Of a stretch of DNA of 64,000 nucleotides, positions 47,582-58,186 are shown piece by piece. The notes below the pieces were generated by a model that was given only the letters and a program-made list of their open reading frames with translations, was not told where the DNA came from and did not search any database. The DNA is from Candidatus Woesearchaeota archaeon (GTDB taxonomy: Archaea > Nanobdellota > Nanobdellia > Woesearchaeales > GW2011-AR9), in contig JABHQW010000003.1 of the NCBI GenBank assembly GCA_018696595.1, forward strand, positions 96,001 to 160,000, written 5' to 3'. Positions within the stretch are counted from its first letter, which is position 1; each line of letters opens with the position of its first letter. The translations under genes and the position numbers were made by a program.

Positions 47582-47965
47582 ATGGGATTATTTGGTAATT
47601 TATTTGGAAAAAAGAAAGTTGCAACATTATTATTTGATAAAGAATTTCAACATACAAGAATTGAAATCAATGAATCAAGAATTATGATTGGAAGAGGAAC
47701 CTATACTGGAGGATCAAGAGCAATAAAAGAAGAAAATAATATTAAAATTTCAAATAGCAATAAAAACCTTAACACAACGATTTCATCCGAACATTGTGAA
47801 TTAGTTCTAAATAATGAAAAAAAATATGTTATTACAGACAAATCTAAGAACGGAACAAAAGTCAATGGCTTATCCATTAAAGGCATTAGTAAAGTATTAG
47901 AAAACCTAGACAAGATAATTATTGTAACAAAACCAGTTGCAGAATTTCAAATCATTTATGCTTAA
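47582..47965 (+). CDS. FHA domain protein
   Basis: IMIGRG...TISSEHCEL...ITDKSKNGTKVNG. Confidence 0.85.
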   Translation: MGLFGNLFGKKKVATLLFDKEFQHTRIEINESRIMIGRGTYTGGSRAIKEENNIKISNSNKNLNTTISSEHCELVLNNEKKYVITDKSKNGTKVNGLSIKGISKVLENLDKIIIVTKPVAEFQIIYA

Positions 47966-47981
47966 TGAGGTAAATTAGACA

Positions 47982-48503
47982 ATGAAAAAAAAAGAAATTA
48001 TTATTTCAATTACAATCGCCATCATTTTCACTTTATTTGTTGGGTATGGCATTGAAGTGTTTGATAGTACTAAAAGTTATAGCGACTTCTGTCCAGAAGA
48101 ATTATATGACATTGATAACAAAGAAGAATGTCTTACAGAAGGTGGTTCTTGGAATGAATTTGAAACACCAATAGTATCACCAGAAAAAGAAGAATCAATT
48201 GTTGAACCAAATAAAAGATCGTGTTCTCCAACAAAAGAATGTCGTAAAAATTATGACACCTCAAAATCAAAACATGATAAAATCGTTTTCATTGTCAGTA
48301 TAATTGTTGGATTAATTGCTATCTTCACAGGAGTTTTTCTGAAAAAAGATGCAGTTAGTACAGGAATCTTAAGTGGCGGAGTTTTACTAATAATCTACGG
48401 AACAATGAGATACTGGCAACATGCTAACGATACTTTAAAGTTTGTCTTATTAGGAATTGTTTTAGCGGTCTTAATTTGGATTGGTTACAAGAAACTAAAG
48501 TGA
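47982..48503 (+). CDS. membrane protein with Cys-containing extracellular loop
   Basis: N-terminal TM, Cys loop, three C-terminal TMs. Confidence 0.7.
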   Translation: MKKKEIIISITIAIIFTLFVGYGIEVFDSTKSYSDFCPEELYDIDNKEECLTEGGSWNEFETPIVSPEKEESIVEPNKRSCSPTKECRKNYDTSKSKHDKIVFIVSIIVGLIAIFTGVFLKKDAVSTGILSGGVLLIIYGTMRYWQHANDTLKFVLLGIVLAVLIWIGYKKLK

Positions 48504-48507
48504 TAAA

Positions 48508-48960
48508 GTGAAAAGTACTCCTTGGAAAGTAAAAGAACTGAACAGAAAGATTGAACATTTTGAAGTTAGTTATCATAAGAAAGACCAAGTGGTTCTTCTT
48601 GAAGATGATAAGCACAAACTAATCATGGTAAATAAGAAGCCAGAGTTCTTTTACTACGAGGGAAAAATTGTTCCGACATTGAAACTATTGCAAGATAAAG
48701 AAGTTCTTAAAAAAATAACTGTTGACATGGGTGCGGTTAAATTTGTTGTTAACGGCGCAGATATTATGCGACCAGGGATTGTTGAGATTGAAGATGGTAT
48801 TGAAAAAGAAGGTTTCATCGTTATTATTGATGTTAACAATAAAAAACCTCTTGCTGTCGGAGTTGCTTTACTAAGTTCAGAAGAAATGCGTTCTTCTGGT
48901 GGTGGAAAAGTAATTAAGAACATTCATTACGTTGGCGATGACCTTTGGAAAAGAGAATGA
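48508..48960 (+). CDS. PUA-domain RNA-binding protein (archaeal DUF1947-PUA)
   Basis: VDMGAVKFVVNGADIMRPGIV...IHYVGDDLW. Confidence 0.88.
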   Translation: MKSTPWKVKELNRKIEHFEVSYHKKDQVVLLEDDKHKLIMVNKKPEFFYYEGKIVPTLKLLQDKEVLKKITVDMGAVKFVVNGADIMRPGIVEIEDGIEKEGFIVIIDVNNKKPLAVGVALLSSEEMRSSGGGKVIKNIHYVGDDLWKRE

Positions 48961-49292
48961 TAACCAACAAAACAACTAACAAAGTAATCTCAAACAAAGA
49001 AGTTGTTTGTAAGAATTTCTTTACGCAAATGCTAGGATTAATGAACAAGTTAGGCAAAACAAATCTAATCATGATCTTCAACAAAGAAAGAAGAATCTCC
49101 TTACACATGTTCTTTGTCTTCTATCCTATCGATGTCTTAATTTTAGATGAAAATAAAAAAGTAATTGAAATCAAAGAAAACTTCAAACCATTTACATTCT
49201 GGACTGCAAAGAATAAAGGAAAACATCTGATTGAGTTAGGAAAAAAAGAAAGTAAAGGTAAAGTAAGTGTTGGAGATTTATTAGAATTCTAA
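48957..49292 (+). CDS. DUF192 protein
   Basis: GLM...LHMFFVFYPIDVLILD; ATGA overlap with the PUA gene. Confidence 0.82.
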   Translation: MITNKTTNKVISNKEVVCKNFFTQMLGLMNKLGKTNLIMIFNKERRISLHMFFVFYPIDVLILDENKKVIEIKENFKPFTFWTAKNKGKHLIELGKKESKGKVSVGDLLEF

Positions 49293-49296
49293 TATC

Positions 49297-49998
49297 TTAT
49301 TCCAAACAATCCACAATTGCTTTAAAATATAATTCGTGTGGTTCAGAAGATTCTTTTCTAGACTCTCTTAACTTGGTAACTATATCAGAAGAACTTAATT
49401 CATTTTCTCTAAGTTTAATTGCATTATTAATAGCTACGACCCTTACTGCTTCACGATAATTAACATTATTAAATGGAGACGGACACAAATTCAATATTGC
49501 TTCATCCAATTTTTCATCCTGAAGATCTTCTTTTCCTTCCAAATAATCAGCTTGTACTCTATTGATTTCATCAGTAAGAGGATTTTGAGAATAAACCAAA
49601 TCATTCTCAGTACCATAAGGGAAAACATTGGAAGTTGCTAATTCCGCAATTGTCTCATCAATTAAGTGAGCACAAAGATAGTCTACCAAGTAACTATTAT
49701 CAGGATTCAATAATTCATTAATCAGTAAGCCTTCTTCATCCATCAAATAATGAATAAGTTCATGAAATAAAACATGCTCAGAAACTATTGGAGAAGAATG
49801 GATACTTTTGCCACTTGGAACATAAGAAGCCCCCATAGTCATTAAGTCTGAAACAACCCTAGGTTTAATATGAGGAAGATTATATTTTCCAGATAAACCT
49901 AATTCTTGCTTACAATCTTCGAGAATTTTTTCTATACTTTCTGAAGTAACATCTACTTCTTCTGATTCATGATCCAATAAAGATAAGTTATAACCCAT
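49297..49998 (-). CDS. zincin-type metallopeptidase-like protein
   Basis: VLFHELIHY (HExxH) and downstream IDETIAEL (possible third ligand Glu). Confidence 0.6.
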   Translation of the reverse strand: MGYNLSLLDHESEEVDVTSESIEKILEDCKQELGLSGKYNLPHIKPRVVSDLMTMGASYVPSGKSIHSSPIVSEHVLFHELIHYLMDEEGLLINELLNPDNSYLVDYLCAHLIDETIAELATSNVFPYGTENDLVYSQNPLTDEINRVQADYLEGKEDLQDEKLDEAILNLCPSPFNNVNYREAVRVVAINNAIKLRENELSSSDIVTKLRESRKESSEPHELYFKAIVDCLE

Positions 49999-50045
49999 GA
50001 GTGGTTAAAATTGAGGATTATTTATAAATGTTTGTTTAAAAAAGT

Positions 50046-51182
50046 TTAATTTAGAAAATCTACTTCAATCTCTAACTGGTCCGCAGTAGGATACTCAGTT
50101 ACAATCGCAGGTACTAAACCCAGATTAATTATTTTTGTTTTATTCTTCTTCACAACTTTCTTAGAAACTAAGATTCTTGGTTTAGATTTATCTAAAAATA
50201 TTTCATTATCCTCTAATTTTAATTTTTTCTGAACAGAAGCAAACAATTCTTTTAATTTAGAAACAACAACAGAATTATCTTCCTTCAACATTTCTCGATA
50301 ATTAAAACCAGGCTTTAACTCTGAGAAATATAAAGCTCCCCTAACAAGAAGTCCTTCTTCATCAACAATATCAAAATCTTTCTTAGCTCCTTTAGCTTCA
50401 TTCTTAATTCTGTTAGCTAATTGAACTGCATCTTTTAATTTAGCTGTACACAAATGAAGATTAAAATCAGGATATTTATTAGATACATAGTCTAATAAAT
50501 CAAGACCTATATCCATAGAACCAAGAATAGCATAACTCATTTGATCTTTAACTTTAAATCCCATATCTAACAATTTAGAACAACTATTATCGGCAACCTC
50601 TAATTCGTTAAAATTCAAAAAGTCAACTTTACCTTGAATATAATCAACAATTGCTTTAGTTTCTTTTTCTTTACCTGGTATTAAAGGAATCTCTACACCC
50701 ATATCCCAAGGGAATTTTCTAGCAATTTCTAAACGATTCCAGAATTGGTTTGATTCTAAATCTAAATGAAACCTAATTTCATCTAAACCAGCCATGAATA
50801 ATTTTTGTAAAGCATCATCATTAACTAATCTTAACGAAGTGTATAAATGAATGTGAAACTCTTTGCCAAATTCTTTTTTCAGTTTCATAATTGAACGTAC
50901 AGTTCGATCCAATTTTGATAAAGGATCTCCGCCAGTAATTCCAGCACCTTTAGCGTTCATTAATTTTGCTTCTTTAACAACATCATCAGAACAAAAAACT
51001 CTTCGTTCATTTGCAAAAGTAATATCCTTGCCCCATTTCTCATCAGAAACTGGACAGAAATAACATTTCCGAGGACAGATCCCAGTAACAAATAAAACTA
51101 ACTTCTCTCCTTTAACACAATAACGACAGCCTCGCGGCAAACTATTTAAGTTGTATGAATAATATTTGTTTTCTTTTATCAT
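50046..51182 (-). CDS. archaeal radical SAM protein (PFL-activating enzyme-related)
   Basis: LPRGCRYCVKGEKLVLFVTGICPRKCYFCP, ITGGDPL, GLDEIRFH. Confidence 0.85.
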   Translation of the reverse strand: MIKENKYYSYNLNSLPRGCRYCVKGEKLVLFVTGICPRKCYFCPVSDEKWGKDITFANERRVFCSDDVVKEAKLMNAKGAGITGGDPLSKLDRTVRSIMKLKKEFGKEFHIHLYTSLRLVNDDALQKLFMAGLDEIRFHLDLESNQFWNRLEIARKFPWDMGVEIPLIPGKEKETKAIVDYIQGKVDFLNFNELEVADNSCSKLLDMGFKVKDQMSYAILGSMDIGLDLLDYVSNKYPDFNLHLCTAKLKDAVQLANRIKNEAKGAKKDFDIVDEEGLLVRGALYFSELKPGFNYREMLKEDNSVVVSKLKELFASVQKKLKLEDNEIFLDKSKPRILVSKKVVKKNKTKIINLGLVPAIVTEYPTADQLEIEVDFLN

Positions 51183-51203
51183 GAGCTACCTCAGTTTTAA
51201 TAG

Positions 51204-52751
51204 TTATTCTTCAGGACCGTGAAAAGGAGATTCTCTGGTGATGTGGGCCGTAGGAGTATTTCCATTGATCTGATCTAAAGCATAACCCAAAACTATATCT
51301 CCTCCTCTCTGTGGACTGTAAAGTTTAAGTTCCTTCAACAGATTACCCAAAGCATAAAATGATTGTCGCACAGCGGCAGTTTGATCAAGCGATTCGGTCC
51401 AATCTATAGTGCCTCCAACAGTTCGAAATAATCCGCCTGACACTCTTAACATCTCTGGAGCAAATCTTGTCCCTCGATGTCGTGTATCGGCGACAGGATC
51501 ATAACGATTAAAAGATGCTGCCAACTGTATAATTTTATCAATTTGATCGGTTAAAACAGAAAAGTGTCTACGACAATACTCAGATTTATTTCCTTCCAGA
51601 ACATTGTACTGAACAAATTCTTTAAGAGCACCATTCTTAAGAATCTTAATATGATCTGCCAAATCAGGATCTTGTCTTGCCCAAGCATGAGTTAAAGCGT
51701 GATATCGATGTAAATAAAATCCTAAGTTCGGGCTATCAGAGATAGGATTACTACCAAGGCCTGAAACTCCAACCAAAACACAATAACTAGCAATATCTCT
51801 GGTATCAGAACTCATACCAAAATCAACAAAATCAACAAAATTAAGATCAGAACCACTGTCTTTATCAACATCAATTTCGCCAGAAATAATTTTATTAATT
51901 GTATCAGAATCCGAAACTAGGTTTAATGAATTACAATCTCCATGTTGGAGTGCTTCAACAAAAAGTCCGGAACATTCTCTTAAATCCATTATTTCAGAAA
52001 CCCTCTCTCTAAGATCTATGCCAAACCTTTCTTGGATGTGTTTTCTTACATTCTCAGAATCATAACGGCCATCTCCTTGACGTCGGCAATCTTTGTTAAC
52101 ATTAAAATAAATTCTAGACAAGTGTTCAGTAAATAAGTATTCATCTACTCGCCGATCCTTAGTAATCATTCTAGGATGTTCAGAAACCATCTGGTCTTTT
52201 ATATGTCCACAAAAACCAGCAAATTTAGCTACAGCATCCAAACCATATTTAAAAACTTCTTCAACAGCATTGGGAAATTCCCCTTTATTCTTAGCAGCTT
52301 CACGAACCGCCCTCTTAAGATTTAAAGAACCTAAATCCGAAGTGGATAAAGCAGGATGTGCACAATAATGAGTGCCCACTAAATTTGGCAACATATCAGC
52401 ACCTAAATTTCGAAAAATATTAGGAAGTGTATCTAAAACTTCCACTTCTTTTGGATGAGTGACTCCCGGCTGATGAGCTAAATCATAATAATGATCCCCT
52501 GTATGAACCGGAAGAAATACCTTTATAACAACAGATTCTGTTTCTTCAGCCTGAATATCATCATTTGTAGAAGTAGGATTAATTAAATGAACACGATAAA
52601 GATTAGCATGGCTGCTTCCCCAACGATTAACAATTTCAAAACGTTCAAAGTCTGAATAAGTATCTGCAACTGAGGATCTTATAACTTCTTCATCTAATGT
52701 TTTATTAGGGGACGCATTAGCTACCATTAAAAGAAAATATCTATACTCCAT
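51204..52751 (-). CDS. protein-kinase-like phosphotransferase (APH/choline kinase fold)
   Basis: VVIKVF (Lys), LQHGDCNSLN (catalytic loop), FVDFG (Mg-binding), RDIAS. Confidence 0.7.
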   Translation of the reverse strand: MEYRYFLLMVANASPNKTLDEEVIRSSVADTYSDFERFEIVNRWGSSHANLYRVHLINPTSTNDDIQAEETESVVIKVFLPVHTGDHYYDLAHQPGVTHPKEVEVLDTLPNIFRNLGADMLPNLVGTHYCAHPALSTSDLGSLNLKRAVREAAKNKGEFPNAVEEVFKYGLDAVAKFAGFCGHIKDQMVSEHPRMITKDRRVDEYLFTEHLSRIYFNVNKDCRRQGDGRYDSENVRKHIQERFGIDLRERVSEIMDLRECSGLFVEALQHGDCNSLNLVSDSDTINKIISGEIDVDKDSGSDLNFVDFVDFGMSSDTRDIASYCVLVGVSGLGSNPISDSPNLGFYLHRYHALTHAWARQDPDLADHIKILKNGALKEFVQYNVLEGNKSEYCRRHFSVLTDQIDKIIQLAASFNRYDPVADTRHRGTRFAPEMLRVSGGLFRTVGGTIDWTESLDQTAAVRQSFYALGNLLKELKLYSPQRGGDIVLGYALDQINGNTPTAHITRESPFHGPEE

Positions 52752-52779
52752 ATATAAATGTTTCTAACCAGTTCACTAT

Positions 52780-53742
52780 TCAGTAATAGTTACCAGTGGT
52801 ATAAATTACTCGCCCCAGACTATGGATATAACCAATTAACCGCCTTAATCGGCTCATGGCGCTACTAAAATTCTCTTGAGCAAGGTATTTCTTTTCAATT
52901 TCATCAATTTCTAGATTAAACAATTTTTTACGGTTAGAGATATTTAACGCTAATTCAGCATCTTTATTATATGCCGCCTTTATAGTTTCAAGATAAAATT
53001 GTTTGATTTGTTTCATTAATTCTTCAATCCTTGACTTTTCTGCTACAGATATTTTTAAAGTTCGTAAAAAACGAGCACTTCTTCTAGCTTCATCTGCTAT
53101 TCCTTCAATGTAAAAAGATTTAGAGTAATAATACATTAAATCTATAGGAGTTAATTTAAACCGTTTAAGTGCATTTGCTGGTTTATCTAAGTTAAATAGA
53201 ATTGCCCGGTAAATCAAAAAGTATAATCGGTTTACATCCTTATCACGTTCATTAGTACTTTCATAATTATCTTCTTTAAATATCTTACAACATTCATCAA
53301 TCATTGTTCTGGTAACAATATCCATTTTGCGTAATAGTTCTTCTACAGATACTTTTTCCATATTTAGAAAATCTTTAGCCACTATAGAATCAGAAGTTTG
53401 CTCCATGATTTCTAAAGCAATTAAATTCTGAACCATACTTTGAAGTTCTTTTATTTTGTTTTTTATTTCCTTCCCCTTAAGAACGATAGTTCTAATATTT
53501 TGAATATAAGCAGAATTTACCTCTCTTACAATCATTTCCCATTTTTTCCCATCAATATCAATATTAATACTTCTTTCTTCATTTGTTTTTGCAAAATCAT
53601 GATTTGACAATAATAGATTTGGCCCACTTTCTTCAATATAAATCAAGTCGCCTTTTTTTAGTTTATTATGAGTAATCCAAGTTTTAGGTAAAGAGATGAT
53701 AAAACTACTTTTACCAAATGATATTAATTTTCTATAATCCAT
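52780..53742 (-). CDS. AbrB-PhoU phosphate uptake regulator
   Basis: RKLISFGKSSFIISLPKTW (AbrB) plus PhoU-like repeats (ERDKDVNRLY, IEGIAD). Confidence 0.85.
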   Translation of the reverse strand: MDYRKLISFGKSSFIISLPKTWITHNKLKKGDLIYIEESGPNLLLSNHDFAKTNEERSINIDIDGKKWEMIVREVNSAYIQNIRTIVLKGKEIKNKIKELQSMVQNLIALEIMEQTSDSIVAKDFLNMEKVSVEELLRKMDIVTRTMIDECCKIFKEDNYESTNERDKDVNRLYFLIYRAILFNLDKPANALKRFKLTPIDLMYYYSKSFYIEGIADEARRSARFLRTLKISVAEKSRIEELMKQIKQFYLETIKAAYNKDAELALNISNRKKLFNLEIDEIEKKYLAQENFSSAMSRLRRLIGYIHSLGRVIYTTGNYY

Positions 53743-53764
53743 TTTAATCCCTCGAAATTTTTAA

Positions 53765-53815
53765 TTAGTCACCTAAAATGGGTCTAAAAAATCTGTTGAT
53801 TTTTGCTTGATCCAT
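53765..53815 (-). CDS. candidate 16-aa leader peptide MDQAKINRFFRPILGD
   Basis: ATG at 53815 preceded by GGGAGG SD; TAA at 53765-53767; lies just upstream of the PhoU-like gene. Confidence 0.4.
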   Translation of the reverse strand: MDQAKINRFFRPILGD

Positions 53816-53975
53816 TTTAATTCCTCCCATGCATACAGGAAAAATTAAGAAGACATTATGCTTCTTATTCCACCCCTGAAATGCATATACCCGCTATATA
53901 GCATTTAGGGAAGGTATTTATATTTAAATGTTATGTAAGAAATATAGCTAACTTAGTGTTTAGTAAACCAAAGGG

Positions 53976-54206
53976 GTGGCCAAAATGTTTGATCCAGTTA
54001 AACAAAAGCATGAATCGTTAGTAATGAAAGAAGGTGTTTATTCGAAAAAAGTACGAGCAAAGTTTGTTGAAGACGATATTCTTAACAGTGAAGAAGAAGC
54101 TTTCATGGAAGGATATGACATTGACGAATTTATGGATGACTATGATGAGTTAGACGAAGAGGAATTCTCATCTAAAAGCGGAGAGTTCCCTGAAAAGGTG
54201 TACTAA
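53976..54206 (+). CDS. small acidic hypothetical protein
   Basis: GTG start after GGGG; D/E-rich. Confidence 0.55.
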   Translation: MAKMFDPVKQKHESLVMKEGVYSKKVRAKFVEDDILNSEEEAFMEGYDIDEFMDDYDELDEEEFSSKSGEFPEKVY

Positions 54207-54209
54207 GAG

Positions 54210-54407
54210 ATGTCATTAAAAAAAGTATTGGGCCTAGATGCATTTTCCTTAACGGATTCAGAGATTATGACTAAGATAGCTGAAGCTAAACGCAATAATA
54301 TTAATATTATCGAATTCTCTAATGACAATAAAAAAGTAAGAATTAATATTGGCAAAGTTGCTTCTGTGGGAATGATGACTGGCTGGTACGATTACTGGGA
54401 CGGTTAA
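54210..54407 (+). CDS. small hypothetical protein
   Basis: 65-aa ORF coupled to the previous gene. Confidence 0.55.
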   Translation: MSLKKVLGLDAFSLTDSEIMTKIAEAKRNNINIIEFSNDNKKVRINIGKVASVGMMTGWYDYWDG

Positions 54408-54434
54408 AAAGAACTTTTTTTATTATCATTAAAA

Positions 54435-55610
54435 TTACTTTAACTTCTTACGTTTTTTTCTAATAAAAAAAAAGGTCCTTAAAAAAATTAGAATAACTAT
54501 TAAAATGATTACTGCAAAAGTAATCCAATTATTTAATCCTCTTTGATTAATTTTATTTAATATTGATTTACTATCAGTTTTAATTCGATAATCACCATAA
54601 TTCCCATTAGAATAGAATTTAAAAGTTATTTCTCTCCAATAATTTTTATTATCTTCTGGACAATTTAAAGTAAATAAAACATCCCAACTACCATCTTTTA
54701 ATAAAGTAAACTTAGGAGTACTAGAAAAATCAGAATATAATTCACAACCAAGATTATGTTTTGGAATTAGTTCATTTGATACAAGTTCCAAAACTTGATT
54801 AATTTCTGGATAATTTTCCCATTGCAAAGTGTAATCTAATTTGTGTTGAGTTATCTCAGAATCAGTAAATGTCAATTCACTACGACAAGTAAAGCAATCT
54901 CTATTTTCATATAATTTAATTTGGTTCCGATTTACTTCAATCTTACTGATTCCAACTTTTTCTTCAAACTCCACTATCTTAGGAAAATCAAACATCTGAG
55001 GTGAAAACAATTCTTTTTTTTCTAGCAAACCGGGAGTAATTAAAACAATTTTACGAAGATCTCCAGAATCTAACAAATAAACTAAAGAATCTTCTTGGAA
55101 ACCGTAAGTTTTTGACTTGACTTTTTGTTCCTTGTTGGTTAATCGAATAGATTTTTCAGAAGGGATATTCATTCCAATAATCAAGCCATCAATTGTTGCT
55201 TCGTTAGCATTTGTAACACTTAGAAAAAAACTAATTCTTTCATCATTTTCAAATTTTTTTATTTGGTTAGGAAAATCATTAAAAAAATTTATAATTTTAG
55301 TTTCATCAACTAAAATTCCTTCCTGAAAGATATGATTAATTGTGGTTTTATAACTTAATCCAATTGTAGATAAATCAGGTGAAGAAGAATAACTGACCAT
55401 AATTCTCACTTCATTATTAACCATACAATCATTAACTTTCATAGTCGTAATTTCCCAATTTGAAAAATCATTAACATCACTAAAAGTTTCAATTATTTTT
55501 TCATAATAACTGGAACTCTGTTCTAATGGTTCACATGGAATTGTTGGTTGGGAAGCAATTACCATTGTAGAAAAAAGAATAATACTAAAAAGAACTATCA
55601 AGGGCCTCAT
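54435..55610 (-). CDS. exported protein with C-terminal transmembrane anchor
   Basis: Signal-like MRPLIVLFSIILFSTMVIA; C-terminal TM followed by RKKRKK. Confidence 0.7.
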   Translation of the reverse strand: MRPLIVLFSIILFSTMVIASQPTIPCEPLEQSSSYYEKIIETFSDVNDFSNWEITTMKVNDCMVNNEVRIMVSYSSSPDLSTIGLSYKTTINHIFQEGILVDETKIINFFNDFPNQIKKFENDERISFFLSVTNANEATIDGLIIGMNIPSEKSIRLTNKEQKVKSKTYGFQEDSLVYLLDSGDLRKIVLITPGLLEKKELFSPQMFDFPKIVEFEEKVGISKIEVNRNQIKLYENRDCFTCRSELTFTDSEITQHKLDYTLQWENYPEINQVLELVSNELIPKHNLGCELYSDFSSTPKFTLLKDGSWDVLFTLNCPEDNKNYWREITFKFYSNGNYGDYRIKTDSKSILNKINQRGLNNWITFAVIILIVILIFLRTFFFIRKKRKKLK

Positions 55611-55738
55611 GATTAAAGTTAATTTCTTTTTCTTTATAAAATTTATTAAAACTTTAAACTCAATTAGAGTTAAACCCATTAACAAGATAGTTATTATACC
55701 CAAAACATATTTAAACTCAAACTTTTTCTTTAATAGAG

Positions 55739-56677
55739 ATGTATCTAAAAAGAGGGGCTAAAAGAACTTTTCAAGTAATTAGAAAAAATAAATTATTATT
55801 CATGAGTCTAATTATATTACAGATTATATTCATTGGAACGATGGCATATACTGGGTATAGCTATCAAATAAAAATATTAGAAAGTGCTAAAGGAGTCATG
55901 GATCCATTAGAAGATGCTAACTATGATCCTGAGAATATTAAAGCAGGCGGAGAATTTACGGGAGATGCATTAGCAATTTATAGAAGTTACAAAGATATGC
56001 GAACTAACGTTCTAAATATGGTCGCTTGGATGTTGGGAATATTTGTTATTATTAATGGTTTGTTATGGGCAATCACACATAGAATGTTTAAAAAAGTTAA
56101 CTTAAAAAGTTTTGGAAATCAATTATTGAAATTTTTTGTTTCTTCTTTAGTTTTCTTAGTTCCGTATATAATAATTAGTTATTCTTTACTTAAAGGTTTA
56201 TTAAAAGCAGATATGGCAATTGAAGCTGTTTCTTCTGCAGTACGAATCGTAACTTATACCTTTATGGCCTTCTATTACTTTATGATTGTTGCACTTGCAT
56301 TCATTGATGTTAAGTCCTGGAAAGAGTTTGTTAAGGTTTGGGTAAAAGTTGGAATTAAGAATTTCCCAAAAGCATTAATGTTCTTTTTATTTTGGCCATT
56401 TATATTAATTGTGTTATTAATTGCAACATTATACAAACATATTGCCAAGAAAACAGAGTCTAAATATCAGAAAGTTTATAACTTTTTAATTTCCTTAATT
56501 AACACACCATCAACAGTTTTGTTAATTAATTTAATGCTATTTTCAGCAAGTATCTATTTTTTATCTATAAATGTTGACGAAACTACTTTTGGTTTAATGA
56601 TTCTATTTTCAGTAATTTTAGTAATCGTTGTAGTCTTAACTAGAATATTCTGGATTGCTAGTTTGAAAGAGATATAG
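55739..56677 (+). CDS. multi-pass membrane protein
   Basis: Several hydrophobic segments. Confidence 0.7.
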   Translation: MYLKRGAKRTFQVIRKNKLLFMSLIILQIIFIGTMAYTGYSYQIKILESAKGVMDPLEDANYDPENIKAGGEFTGDALAIYRSYKDMRTNVLNMVAWMLGIFVIINGLLWAITHRMFKKVNLKSFGNQLLKFFVSSLVFLVPYIIISYSLLKGLLKADMAIEAVSSAVRIVTYTFMAFYYFMIVALAFIDVKSWKEFVKVWVKVGIKNFPKALMFFLFWPFILIVLLIATLYKHIAKKTESKYQKVYNFLISLINTPSTVLLINLMLFSASIYFLSINVDETTFGLMILFSVILVIVVVLTRIFWIASLKEI

Positions 56678-56713
56678 AAAAAGATTATAAACCCTTAAAC
56701 AATTCTTAATTCA

Positions 56714-57085
56714 ATGAAAAATATAATCTTAGATACAAATGCTTTAATGGCAATTGCTGAGTTTAAAATAGATTTATTTTCAGAATTAGAAAGTGTTTGT
56801 GATTTCACCTATGAGATCTTCATTTTATCTGGAACCATTAAAGAATTGAAAAAAATTATGGAAGAACAACGTGGAAAATATAAAGCAGCAGCTAAACTTG
56901 CTTTAGGGATTATTCGCGTTAAAGGAATTAAACAAATTGAATCTACTGGTTATGTTGATGATGTTTTAGTAGATTATTCTAAGAAAGACTATTTAATTCT
57001 TACACAAGATGCTGCTTTGAAGAAAAGATTAGCTAAGCCGTATTTAACTATTAGACAAAAGAAAAGGATTATTATTGTTAAATAA
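56714..57085 (+). CDS. PIN-domain nuclease (Fcf1/Utp24-like)
   Basis: IILDTNALM, TIKEL, VDD, LTQDAALKKRL. Confidence 0.85.
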   Translation: MKNIILDTNALMAIAEFKIDLFSELESVCDFTYEIFILSGTIKELKKIMEEQRGKYKAAAKLALGIIRVKGIKQIESTGYVDDVLVDYSKKDYLILTQDAALKKRLAKPYLTIRQKKRIIIVK

Positions 57086-57123
57086 ACAAAAATATTATAA
57101 AAAAATCTCATTCTGAAAATTAA

Positions 57124-58101
57124 ATGCCTGAACTAATAGATCAAGAACTTTTATTACGCTACCGAACAGGAACCTTAACCCAGCTAGTTAATCCAGAAGG
57201 AAAAGTTGATTTAAGTAAAACTATTAAAGAAAACTGCACAGGCCAATCAAGACTTTTAGTTCAGGTTTTAAGAAGCGTTCTAGGACCAAACTGCCAAGTA
57301 GATAACTATGAATATGCTTATCCTACAGAAGAAACTCAACCCTTTGTAGATAGGTTATATCACTTACTTTTATCTGAATTTGATTTTGCTGCTTTAGCTG
57401 GAGAAATTTGTATTGACAATTATAACATTAGAAGAAAAGAAACTCACCTTTGTTTCTATTTAGCTAATCAAGACTTAATGGCAGACCAAACAATAGTTTC
57501 TTTAATTGAAGGTACAAAATTTAACCAAGACCCGTTATTCATAACTCGACAAAGTGCCCCAGATCCAGATATTGAAGTAGCAAAATTATTGGATAAAAAG
57601 GAGATTAATGTTTTAGACGCAGGAATTGGCCAATCAACAGCAATCAACGGAGTTAGGTCTAGATTAAAAAAATTAGATAAAACTGTTAATACTTACGGAA
57701 TAAACTTAATGACAATGCCAGAAGTTACTGAACTTTCAGAACCTTGTTTTGTTGGAACTTTTGAAGATTATCCTTTTCCAGTTGGATTTGACTTAATTTA
57801 TTCCCATATTAGTAGTGCTTATTATACACCTAATATTGAAAAGTATGTAAAGAAATTAGTCTCCAGCCTTAATGAAGAAGGGGTTGCAATGCTAGAAATA
57901 ACAAATCCCCAAGAGTGGGAAAGAGTTTTATCAAAATTAAATGTTGAACATGAATTTTTAATGTCAATCCCTTTTACTGAAGCCTATAAATATGTCCATG
58001 GAAAGGAATCCTCATTTCATAAATATAAACCTGGCAGAATAGATGTTCAATTAAATGGAATTGATTGTTATCAGATTGAAGGTGTGTTGATAAAAAGGTA
58101 A
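57124..58101 (+). CDS. protein with C-terminal class I methyltransferase-like domain
   Basis: VLDAGIGQS, FDLIYS, LNEEGVAML. Confidence 0.6.
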   Translation: MPELIDQELLLRYRTGTLTQLVNPEGKVDLSKTIKENCTGQSRLLVQVLRSVLGPNCQVDNYEYAYPTEETQPFVDRLYHLLLSEFDFAALAGEICIDNYNIRRKETHLCFYLANQDLMADQTIVSLIEGTKFNQDPLFITRQSAPDPDIEVAKLLDKKEINVLDAGIGQSTAINGVRSRLKKLDKTVNTYGINLMTMPEVTELSEPCFVGTFEDYPFPVGFDLIYSHISSAYYTPNIEKYVKKLVSSLNEEGVAMLEITNPQEWERVLSKLNVEHEFLMSIPFTEAYKYVHGKESSFHKYKPGRIDVQLNGIDCYQIEGVLIKR

Positions 58102-58186
58102 TATACCTACTCGAGAATAATAAACTTTTTAAATGAATTCTAATCAAAGTATATAAATCATAATATATGATGGGGTGGAAAATTAA

